32,000 nucleotides of DNA from contig NC_007969.1 in the NCBI RefSeq assembly GCF_000013905.1, positions 1,170,001-1,202,000 of the forward strand, written 5' to 3'. The position numbers were made by a program, and so were the translations under genes. This stretch comes from Psychrobacter cryohalolentis K5 (lineage in GTDB: Bacteria > Pseudomonadota > Gammaproteobacteria > Pseudomonadales > Moraxellaceae). Shown here in pieces: positions 8,985-16,793 of the stretch. Position 1 is the first letter of the stretch. Every line of letters starts with the position of its first letter. Under the pieces are notes generated by a model that saw nothing but the letters and a program-made list of their open reading frames with translations, was not told the DNA's origin and made no database searches.

Positions 8985-9974
8985 TTAAGTGTCCCAAATT
9001 CTCGGTCGATGAGGCTCAAGCTTGTACCATTTAGACCTGATAAGCTCGCGAATTTGGTAAAAGGCCTCAAAGCAGGCACGCACATCTGCCCCTAAATAAC
9101 GGCAATTAATACCTTGAAAATTGTGAGTACAGTGAATGGGTAGTGACTGCGTATCAATGAGATTGCGTATCTCGGTAATAGTGGCATCTAAATATTGGCC
9201 GAGCTTGAGCGGATTATTCTGTAGTTCTGGCGCAATGACCTCTGTGCTAGGTATTGCCCAAAAAGAGCCATGCACATGTTGATCATTCAATCCTAATGGT
9301 GAGGTAAACCAGCGCGTATTGGCTTGTTGGGCGGTGCACTCACTGACCAATAGATCACTCTCACGCCATATCTCTAAGCGGTTGGCATAATGACCATTAG
9401 CAAAAGTCTCTTGATACGCTTGACGTCCGAACACAGCAATATCCCAAGTCAATAAACTTGCCGTCTTAGCTAAATAAAAGCGGTTATTGGCAGTAGAGAC
9501 AGAATGATCGTAATAAATGCTTTCTTGTGGTAGCCATTCAAGGACAGCGTGGTCATCGAGGCGGGCGTCGATATGCTGTTCTGCGCTGACAACATCATTA
9601 AAACAGTCGTTAGAAGTGTTGCTATTTGCCGATTGAGTACCGTTGGTAAATTTTGATGAGTCGCTAGGTCTAGAGTATCGTAATGATTTGCGTTGCCCGT
9701 ACCATTTGCCGGCTCCAGGGGTGGTAATCACCGCATGGCTGTTAGAGTGTAGGTCAAATTCCAGTGTTAAGCGGTCATCATCGGCGATACCAGCAGGAGG
9801 ATACAACACATAAATATGGCAAATTCCTGCTTGGCTACTATCAGTACTATCAGGCTCAGGATACAGCGCACGCTGCACCATTAATGCCCCAGTATGGGCA
9901 CGATGATACAGCCGAGTTTTTGCAGCATTAGAGGCGCAGTCGAAATGAAGCTGTAGTGAGGATTGCCAAGTCAA
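8985..9974 (-). CDS. ureD: Urease accessory protein UreD (TTG start inferred)
   Basis: 329 aa, sitting between urtE and ureA. UreD-like blocks (LEWLPQESIYY, TPGAGKWY). The frame opens at TTG 9972-9974, with AGGGA 7 nt upstream. Confidence 0.8.
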   Translation of the reverse strand: MTWQSSLQLHFDCASNAAKTRLYHRAHTGALMVQRALYPEPDSTDSSQAGICHIYVLYPPAGIADDDRLTLEFDLHSNSHAVITTPGAGKWYGQRKSLRYSRPSDSSKFTNGTQSANSNTSNDCFNDVVSAEQHIDARLDDHAVLEWLPQESIYYDHSVSTANNRFYLAKTASLLTWDIAVFGRQAYQETFANGHYANRLEIWRESDLLVSECTAQQANTRWFTSPLGLNDQHVHGSFWAIPSTEVIAPELQNNPLKLGQYLDATITEIRNLIDTQSLPIHCTHNFQGINCRYLGADVRACFEAFYQIRELIRSKWYKLEPHRPRIWDT

Positions 9975-9985
9975 AATTGTATTCC

Positions 9986-10015
9986 CTTTTATAAAGTGTC
10001 TTTTTATAAAGTGTC
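9986..10015. repeat. 15-bp tandem direct repeat (2 copies, 14/15 identical) in the urtE-ureD spacer
   Basis: cttttataaagtgtc (9986-10000) followed directly by tttttataaagtgtc (10001-10015). Confidence 0.7.
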
Positions 10016-10018
10016 CTT

Positions 10019-10717
10019 TTAGATTGCCACCAACTCTTGAATGTTGTTTTTTGCCATGTCAACTCCAGCCCCTTGAGCAACTACTTGTCCTCTAGAGAGC
10101 ACGGTATAGTTATCGGCAAGCTCTTCTGCAAACTCATAAAACTGCTCGACCAGTATAATTGCCATTTCACCTTGATAACCCAAATCCCTAATGACCCGCC
10201 CGATGTCCTTGATGATAGAGGGCTGAATACCTTCAGTCGGCTCATCGAGTACCAGCACAGATGGCTCGGAGGCAAGCGCACGAGCAATAGCGAGCTGCTG
10301 CTGCTGACCGCCAGATAGATCGCCGCCGCGGCGATGCTTCATCTCGTCCAGCACTGGAAATATATCATACAAGTGTTTAGGTACTTTGCTTGCTTTTCGT
10401 TGAGAAAATTTCGCCATGCCAATCAGAATGTTTTCTTCAACGGTCAAAGTGGAAAAGATATCACGTCCTTGCGGTACATAAGCGAGTCCTGCGCGTACAC
10501 GCTGCTCAGGCGTCATCTGACTAATGTCCTTACCGTCTAATAAAATTTCACCTGATTTTATTGGTAGGATGCCCATCAAGCATTTAAGCAAGGTGGTTTT
10601 ACCGACGCCATTACGACCCAGTACCACGCTACATTCTCCTACCGGGGCGGCGAGGGTGACATCACGTAAAATGTGACTGCCACCATAATATTGATTTATG
10701 GCATTAATTTCTAACAT
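10019..10717 (-). CDS. urtE: Urea ABC transporter ATP-binding protein UrtE
   Basis: 232 aa. Walker A GRNGVGKTT, signature LSGGQQQQL, Walker B VLVLDEP. LivF-like, last gene of the urt block. GAGG lies upstream. Confidence 0.9.
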   Translation of the reverse strand: MLEINAINQYYGGSHILRDVTLAAPVGECSVVLGRNGVGKTTLLKCLMGILPIKSGEILLDGKDISQMTPEQRVRAGLAYVPQGRDIFSTLTVEENILIGMAKFSQRKASKVPKHLYDIFPVLDEMKHRRGGDLSGGQQQQLAIARALASEPSVLVLDEPTEGIQPSIIKDIGRVIRDLGYQGEMAIILVEQFYEFAEELADNYTVLSRGQVVAQGAGVDMAKNNIQELVAI

Positions 10718-10763
10718 ATAAGCACCTCTATTTTTTAGGTCTATTTCTAAGCACTACTATCAA

Positions 10764-11735
10764 TTATCGACCCAAGTAAGTCTCAATGACGGCTTCATTA
10801 TTCTGTACTTCACTCAACGTGCCTTCAGCCAAAATAGCGCCATTTGCTAAGACCGTTACTTTCTCACTGATGGCATCAATGAAAGTCATGTCATGCTCAA
10901 CCACGATTAAAGTATGATTTTTTTTAAGGCGCAGACATAACTCAGCGGTATGTTCGGTTTCGGCATCTGTCATGCCTGCCACTGGTTCATCAAGTAAGAT
11001 AAGTTTTGGTCTTTGCATCAATAACATCCCAATCTCTAGCCACTGCTTTTGACCATGAGATAATAGTCCTGCTGGCTTGTTAATCAGCTCTTTTAGGCGT
11101 ATTTGCTCAAGCGTTGAGTCAAGGGTATCTTGGATTTCTGCATCAATACGAGTAAACCAGCTTTTTGACACTCGCTTGTCCTTTGGCGCGGCCAGCATTA
11201 AGTTATCGAGTACAGTAAATTTCTCAAATACGGTAGGTTTTTGAAACTTACGGCCAATGCCTGCTTCCGCTATTTCTTCGGTAGATAATTTGGCTAAATT
11301 ATGTACTTGACCGAAAAATGCACTGCCTTTAGTAGGACGCGTTTTACCCGTAATAACATCCATTAAAGTCGTCTTACCTGCGCCATTAGGGCCGATGATG
11401 CAGCGTAGCTCGCCTGCCTCAATGTATAAAGATAGATCATTGAGTGCACGGAATGAGTCAAACCACACGCTAACGCCTTCTAAATACAGCGCAATACCAT
11501 GTCTCATATCCGGCCCTGATTTGGGAACAGGATGCGCCAAGCCTCCGCTATCTCCGCAATCTTCAGCCAAACTAGTGACTGGTCGGGTAGGCGTGTTTTC
11601 TGCGACCGTTATGTGTGGTGTATTTTTAGAGTTTTTCATTGGATTATTGATACTAGGATTGTTTTTAACAAGCGCATCGTTAGTAACTTTTTGGGAAGTA
11701 GCAACATTAGAAGTATCAGCATTAGTTATTAACAT
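10764..11735 (-). CDS. urtD: Urea ABC transporter ATP-binding protein UrtD with about 76-aa N-terminal extension
   Basis: Walker A GPNGAGKTT, TGKTRP, LSHGQKQWLE, Walker B LILLDEP. The ATG 11733-11735 overlaps the urtC stop (TAATG). An alternative start is ATG 11505-11507. Confidence 0.85.
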   Translation of the reverse strand: MLITNADTSNVATSQKVTNDALVKNNPSINNPMKNSKNTPHITVAENTPTRPVTSLAEDCGDSGGLAHPVPKSGPDMRHGIALYLEGVSVWFDSFRALNDLSLYIEAGELRCIIGPNGAGKTTLMDVITGKTRPTKGSAFFGQVHNLAKLSTEEIAEAGIGRKFQKPTVFEKFTVLDNLMLAAPKDKRVSKSWFTRIDAEIQDTLDSTLEQIRLKELINKPAGLLSHGQKQWLEIGMLLMQRPKLILLDEPVAGMTDAETEHTAELCLRLKKNHTLIVVEHDMTFIDAISEKVTVLANGAILAEGTLSEVQNNEAVIETYLGR

Positions 11736-12805
11736 TATTCTTTTTCCTTTTTAAAACGATCAAGTACGCCAATGATGCCGTTAGGGAGAAATAAAGTAAC
11801 CACCACAAATAATCCACCGAGGATAAGCAACCAAAACTCAGGGTAGGCGACAGTAAAATAAGTCTTAATCGCATTGATTGCACCTGCGCCTACGATAGCA
11901 CCAATGAGTGAACCTCTACCTCCCGCAGCTACCCATACTGCCATCTCGATAGAGTTGACGGGGTTCATCTCGCCCGGATTAATGATGCCAACTTGCGGTA
12001 CATATAGAGCACCAGCGATACCAGCAATGACTGCAGACAATACCCAAGCAGAAAGCTTGTACCAAAGCGTGCGATAGCCTAAATACTGCAAGCGATTTTC
12101 ACTATCACGGATGGCACCGAGCACGCGCCCATAAGGCTGGCTCATCAGATAGCGTAGTCCAAGATAGGACAGTAGCAGCGCCAAAGCAGTCGTAAAACAC
12201 AGCACAGCTCTCGTTGAAGAGGCAGTGATGTCATAGCCTAATAACGTGGTAAAACCTGTGAAGCCATTGTTACCACCGAAGCCTGTTTCGTTACGGAAGA
12301 ATAATAAGGCTGCCGCATAGGTCATGGCTTGAGTAATAATCGAAAAATAAACCCCTTTGATTTTTGAGCGAAAAGCAAAATAGCCAAAGATGAAAGCGAC
12401 CAGACCGGGAACTAATACCACTAGAGCCATCGCCCACCAGAAATGTTGAGTGCCTGCCCAATACCACGGCAGCTCGGTCCAGCTTAAGAAACGCATAAAA
12501 TCTGGCAAGCCCGTGCCAGCAGTTTCACGCGTCAAGTACATGCCAAAGGCATAACCTCCTAGCGCAAAATAAAGACCATGACCTAAGCTTAGGATGCCAG
12601 CATAGCCCCAGACCAAGTCTAAAGCCAGTGCTACCATGGCGAGCGCCATTATTTTACCAATCAAAGTTATCCAGTAAGCAGACAGGTGAAAACTAGAGGT
12701 TTCAGGTAGTAGATGGAGCCAAGGCAATATCAGTAGCACTAAAAAACACAAACCAATCAAAATGGCATTACGTGGGGAATCAGATAATAATTGAGTCAAA
12801 CGCAT
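11735..12805 (-). CDS. urtC: Urea ABC transporter permease UrtC
   Basis: Multi-TM LivM-like permease. Preferred start is ATG 12803-12805 (MRLTQLL), with AAGGAG 6 nt upstream. The track start (TTG 12826) is an upstream extension. Confidence 0.9.
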   Translation of the reverse strand: MRLTQLLSDSPRNAILIGLCFLVLLILPWLHLLPETSSFHLSAYWITLIGKIMALAMVALALDLVWGYAGILSLGHGLYFALGGYAFGMYLTRETAGTGLPDFMRFLSWTELPWYWAGTQHFWWAMALVVLVPGLVAFIFGYFAFRSKIKGVYFSIITQAMTYAAALLFFRNETGFGGNNGFTGFTTLLGYDITASSTRAVLCFTTALALLLSYLGLRYLMSQPYGRVLGAIRDSENRLQYLGYRTLWYKLSAWVLSAVIAGIAGALYVPQVGIINPGEMNPVNSIEMAVWVAAGGRGSLIGAIVGAGAINAIKTYFTVAYPEFWLLILGGLFVVVTLFLPNGIIGVLDRFKKEKE

Positions 12806-12815
12806 GAGGTTCTCC

Positions 12816-14594
12816 TTAATCCACAAAACGGCCTTTGAGGGCGAATAAACCTTGTGGACGTTTTTGAATAAACAAAATCACAAGAACCAGTAATACAATC
12901 TTAGCCATCACAGCACCAATGCCGATTTCAAGCACCGTACCACTGACACCAAGACCTAAAGATGCCAAGACCGCGCCCCATACTTGCCCAACACCGCCAA
13001 CCACGACGACTAAGAACGCATCAATAATATAAGTTTGACCTAAGTCGGGTCCGACATTGCCTACTTGCGCCAAAGCACAGCCAGCGAGACCTGCGAGACC
13101 CGAGCCAAGTCCAAAAGCCAACATATCGATGCGAGCAGATGAGATACCAACTGCACGTGCCATTTGCCGGTTTTGAGTGACAGCGCGCACAAACAACCCA
13201 AAGCGAGTCTTGTTCAGTAAGTACACCAGTAGCATAAGAATAATGATGGTAAAGCCAATAATAGCGATACGATTGAAGGGAAGCACAAGGATCGAGGAGA
13301 CTTGATAGGCACCGCTCAACCAGTCGACATTGCTGACTTCGACGTTTTGCGCGCCAAATATCATCCGAACCAACTGCATGAGAATCAGACTGACACCGAA
13401 GGTTGCCAGTAAGGTTTCAAGCTCACGACCATAAAGCGGGCGAATAATGATTCGTTCGATAACCATGCCAATAATGGCACTAACTAAGAAAGCGACGGGT
13501 ATAGCAGCAACCAGATACCATCCAGTCATACTAGGAAAATACGCTTGAAAGAGATTTTGCACCATATAAGTGGCGTAAGCACCAATCATAATGAGCTCAC
13601 CATGAGCCATATTGATGACACCCAGTAGCCCAAAAGTAATGGCCAGCCCTAATGCCGCCAGTAGTAAGATACTTGCCGTACTAAGCCCCGTGAACAGATG
13701 ACCTATCCAAGTACTGAGGGTAATGCGCTGCTCAATACTTTCTTCAGCGTCTAACAGCGCGGATTTGAGTACAGGATCGATATCATCTGCCGCCAATGCT
13801 TTTTTGACATCAACTAAGACTTGCGGGCTATCGCTATCAGCAAGCACGGTAAGCGCGGCAATTTGGGTAGTAACGTCGCCGTCTCTAAAATCAATCCTCG
13901 CTTGTAAAGTACTCAACGCTGTTTTGACGTCGTCGTCTTCCTCATTAGTGGCAGCAGTACTTATGAGTGCTGGATCTAGCTGTTCGATATTGTCCGCTAA
14001 GATGGCGACTGCCTGCACACGTTGCGTAGGATCATTTGACTCAAGCTTAACCTTGGCTTGTCCAAATACTAAGGCTGAGCGTAGCGTATTGGTCAAAGTC
14101 ACTTGCGCCAAGTCGCTAGGCCACTCGGTGGTCAGCTGCTTAGCAGGATAAGTAAATAGCTCATCTTCGCTGTTAAGTAGATAAGTTTGCCCACCATTGC
14201 CTTGGTATAGCTCATCGTTTTTTATCAGCTCAACTAAAGTATCCAAACTCTCAACTGATCCCGGCCACTGGTTGAGCATGGTTTGGCGCTTGGTGAAGTC
14301 AGCAGCAACGAACTGCTCGATAGCATCCCCTTTACTTATCGCAAGATTAGCTGGCGTAGTTAGAGACTGCTTTTTTTGAGCAAATAAGGTCTCTTCACTT
14401 ACATCAGTGGATGTCGCTGCCACAGTATTAGTCGATAGTTTGTCGCCATGGCTGTGTACTACTGGCGTCTCGTGAGCATGAGCAGGTGATGTGATAGCAA
14501 TGAGAAGGAGTAAAGATAGTAAGGCGATGATAAAAATCTTATTAGAATAATTGGCTTGCGCGTCACTTTTATAATAGGAAGGGTAATGTGACAT
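12816..14594 (-). CDS. urtB: Urea ABC transporter permease UrtB, long form with about 290-aa N-terminal extracytoplasmic extension
   Basis: 592 aa. The C-terminal ~300 aa form a LivH-like permease (GVINMAHGELIMIGAY..). The N-terminus has a signal/anchor segment IFIIALLSLLLLIAITSPAHA. AAGGA lies upstream of the ATG. Confidence 0.9.
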   Translation of the reverse strand: MSHYPSYYKSDAQANYSNKIFIIALLSLLLLIAITSPAHAHETPVVHSHGDKLSTNTVAATSTDVSEETLFAQKKQSLTTPANLAISKGDAIEQFVAADFTKRQTMLNQWPGSVESLDTLVELIKNDELYQGNGGQTYLLNSEDELFTYPAKQLTTEWPSDLAQVTLTNTLRSALVFGQAKVKLESNDPTQRVQAVAILADNIEQLDPALISTAATNEEDDDVKTALSTLQARIDFRDGDVTTQIAALTVLADSDSPQVLVDVKKALAADDIDPVLKSALLDAEESIEQRITLSTWIGHLFTGLSTASILLLAALGLAITFGLLGVINMAHGELIMIGAYATYMVQNLFQAYFPSMTGWYLVAAIPVAFLVSAIIGMVIERIIIRPLYGRELETLLATFGVSLILMQLVRMIFGAQNVEVSNVDWLSGAYQVSSILVLPFNRIAIIGFTIIILMLLVYLLNKTRFGLFVRAVTQNRQMARAVGISSARIDMLAFGLGSGLAGLAGCALAQVGNVGPDLGQTYIIDAFLVVVVGGVGQVWGAVLASLGLGVSGTVLEIGIGAVMAKIVLLVLVILFIQKRPQGLFALKGRFVD

Positions 14595-14628
14595 GATGGT
14601 TCCTTTTTTGCAGTCAACACTCCTCTAA

Positions 14629-14659
14629 CCTCTACTGAAAACTGTTTTATCAGTAGAGG
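14629..14659 (-). other. Intercistronic stem-loop between urtA and urtB
   Basis: Perfect 10-bp stem cctctactga (14629-14638) / tcagtagagg (14650-14659) with an 11-nt loop. No T-run follows on the minus strand. Confidence 0.55.
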
Positions 14660-14731
14660 AGCTAAAGGGTTGCTGGTATTGATACCATTAAGGGGCTAGG
14701 GACTAAGGCTAAGGCTTGGGTGACCACAACC

Positions 14732-16096
14732 TTATTTAGGAATGTACTGACTCCATGGCTCAGCACGAATGACTTTTGGCGTTTTGCTGATCACATCGAA
14801 CTGACCATCGGAACGGATTTGACCGATCATGACAGGCTTCCATAAGTGATGGTTTTCCTCATCCATTTTTAATGTATACCCTGATGGCGCGTCAAAAGTC
14901 TGACCTCCCATACTAATACGCACTTTGTCGACATTAGTGGTACCTGCTTTTTCGACTGCTTGTTTCCACATATTGATACCTACGTAGGTGGCTTCCATAG
15001 GATCATTGGTCACGACCTTTTCAGCATTCGGTAGCTTATGATCTAGCGCATATTTCTTATACTTTTTGGTGAAGCCGCTGTTGACAGGATTTTTAACCGA
15101 CATAAAGTAGTTCCATGACGCCAAATGCCCTTGCAATAAGCTGGTATCGATACCACGAAGTTCTTCTTCTCCTACTGAGAATGCCATGACTGGGATGTCA
15201 GATGCTTTAATACCTTGGTTGGCAAGTTCACGATAAAAGGGTACGTTTGAATCCCCATTAATGGTAGAGATAACTGCCGTCTTTTTACCGGTCGAGAAGC
15301 TTTTAATGTTGCCCACGATGGTCTGATAGTTGCTAAAACCGAAAGGGGTGTACTCTTCCATGATGTCTTTTTCAGCGACGCCTTTAGACTTCAAGAAAGC
15401 ACGCAATATCTGGTTAGTAGTCCGAGGATAGACATAATCGGTCCCAAGTAAAACGAAGCGTTCTGCACTACCACCCTCTGGACTCATTAAGTATTCAACG
15501 GCAGGAATAGCTTGCTGGTTGGGTGCCGCCCCAGTGTAGAAAATATTTTTTGACTGCTCTTGACCTTCGTACTGCACAGGGTAGAACATAAGACCATTTA
15601 GCTCTTCAACGACAGGCAGCACGGACTTACGTGACACCGATGTCCAACCTCCAAATATGACATCCACTTTGTCTTGAGTTAATAGCTGACGTGCTTTTTC
15701 AGCGAATAACGGCCAATCAGAAGCGGGATCTACGACGATTGGCTCTAGCTGCTTACCCAACACACCGCCATTGGCATTAATTTCATCAATGGTCATGAGA
15801 GCAGTATCTTTTAAGGATGTTTCAGAGATGGCCATCGTTCCAGATAAAGAATGCAAGATGCCAACTTTGATGGTGTCACCATCTGCCGCAGGGGTAGTAG
15901 CGGTCTCGGCCGTTTCGGTTTTTGTAGCTGTAGAATTGGTCTCAGCGCTAGTTTCTGCAGGTTTTTGACAACCTATAAGACTTAAGCTGCCGACAACAGC
16001 TACTGCTAGCAGAGACAAACGTGACGTCAATTTTGAGTCGATACGATGGTTTGTATTAATAGGAGTAGCAGTGATAAGCGTTGGCAATAAAGACAT
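14732..16096 (-). CDS. urtA: Urea ABC transporter substrate-binding lipoprotein UrtA
   Basis: LivK/amide-binding fold family, located at the head of the urt block. Lipobox LSLIGC. Preferred start is ATG 16094-16096 (MSLLPT), with GGAG 7 nt upstream. The track start is TTG 16108. Confidence 0.9.
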   Translation of the reverse strand: MSLLPTLITATPINTNHRIDSKLTSRLSLLAVAVVGSLSLIGCQKPAETSAETNSTATKTETAETATTPAADGDTIKVGILHSLSGTMAISETSLKDTALMTIDEINANGGVLGKQLEPIVVDPASDWPLFAEKARQLLTQDKVDVIFGGWTSVSRKSVLPVVEELNGLMFYPVQYEGQEQSKNIFYTGAAPNQQAIPAVEYLMSPEGGSAERFVLLGTDYVYPRTTNQILRAFLKSKGVAEKDIMEEYTPFGFSNYQTIVGNIKSFSTGKKTAVISTINGDSNVPFYRELANQGIKASDIPVMAFSVGEEELRGIDTSLLQGHLASWNYFMSVKNPVNSGFTKKYKKYALDHKLPNAEKVVTNDPMEATYVGINMWKQAVEKAGTTNVDKVRISMGGQTFDAPSGYTLKMDEENHHLWKPVMIGQIRSDGQFDVISKTPKVIRAEPWSQYIPK

Positions 16097-16169
16097 ATAT
16101 TTCTCCAAAAAGATAAAGTAGCAGCTTGGTAGGCCGAGTTAACAAACCATTCCTAACTGCTATTAATAC

Positions 16170-16185
16170 TTCAATATTTATGCCA
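16170..16185 (-). promoter_or_regulatory. Candidate sigma54 (-24/-12) promoter for urtA
   Basis: The minus strand reads TGGCATAAATATTGAA against the consensus TGGCAC-N5-TTGCW. The GG and TTG are correctly spaced, but the -12 C is A. It lies about 75 nt upstream of the urtA ATG. Confidence 0.3.
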
Positions 16186-16204
16186 TTCCAAAATACACAA
16201 TAAA

Positions 16205-16290
16205 CGCACCAATATCGGTCTTTTTAGGAGATATTGCACTTTTTTCGCACCATGATGGTTTTTATGATTTTCTATGCACCATAAGTGTCT
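16205..16290. promoter_or_regulatory. Three GCACCA-containing NtrC-like sites upstream of the candidate sigma54 promoter
   Basis: GCACCAATATCGGTC (16206-16220), GCACCATGATGGTTT (16247-16261, best match to GCACCA-N3-TGGTGC) and TGCACCATAAGTGTCT (16275-16290). Confidence 0.3.
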
Positions 16291-16506
16291 AGTCTAAGAG
16301 GATTAAAACGATTACATTGAAAGAAGTGGGCTGCTAAGTTCAGAAAGCGTAAATAAGGGTGCTTGCAAAGCAAACCCCGATATTAATTAAGCCAATTGAG
16401 TACTCATAAAAGCAGCAAGGACTTGCTAAGACATGCCAGCATGTAGTGGCATAATAAATTCGGACAGCTGCTAAGAGGTTGTACTAAACAAAAGACGGAA
16501 CATAGT

Positions 16507-16635
16507 ATAACCAACAAACGCAATCAATACACCCGAGAATTCAAATTAGAAGCCATCAGCTTAGTCGTTGAACACAAACGTAAAATACCTGACGGTGCTG
16601 ATTCATTGGGGATAGGCAAATCCACCCTCAGAGGT
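16507..16635 (+). mobile_element. Truncated IS3-family transposase OrfA fragment (start codon mutated, body deleted)
   Basis: Translation ITNKRNQYTREFKLEAISLVVEHKRKIPDGADSLGIGKSTLRG shows the typical IS3 OrfA N-terminus (EFKLEA..LV) plus an HTH (LGI.KSTL). ATA replaces ATG. Homology ends about 40 nt before the tRNA terminator. Confidence 0.6.
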
Positions 16636-16677
16636 TTATCGCACACTTTAACAAGCCAGCTAAAAACACTAGACAAC

Positions 16678-16708
16678 AAAAAACCCCATAAACATTGCGT
16701 TTACGGGG
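16678..16708 (-). terminator. Rho-independent terminator downstream of the tRNA
   Basis: Stem ccccataaac (16684-16693) / gtttacgggg (16699-16708) has one G-U pair. On the minus strand it is followed by a T-run (plus-strand A-run 16678-16683). Confidence 0.7.
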
Positions 16709-16716
16709 TTTGAATT

Positions 16717-16793
16717 TGGTGGGCCCAGTAGGACTTGAACCTACGACCAAAGGATTATGAGTCCTCTGCTCTAACCAACTGAGCTATGGGCCC
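16717..16793 (-). tRNA. tRNA with anticodon CAT; acceptor and anticodon-stem features favour tRNA-Ile2 (lysidine) over elongator tRNA-Met
   Basis: The minus strand GGGCCCATAGCTCAGTTGGTTAGAGCAGAGGACTCATAATCCTTTGGTCGTAGGTTCAAGTCCTACTGGGCCCACCA folds as a full cloverleaf (7/4/5/5-bp stems) with an encoded CCA. It is close to E. coli ileX as I recall it. Confidence 0.95.

Noticed and set aside
12806-12826. TTG-start extensions of urtC (12826), urtA (16108) and cca (18957)
   Set aside because: In each case an ATG with a much better SD lies a few codons downstream. The cca extension would start inside the maeB terminator.
10037-14379. Antisense ORFs within urtE, urtD, urtC and urtB (for example 11395..11754 and 13723..14151)
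   Set aside because: All lie opposite genes with clear ABC-transporter motifs. They are Ser/Ala/Leu-rich mirror translations without SD sequences.
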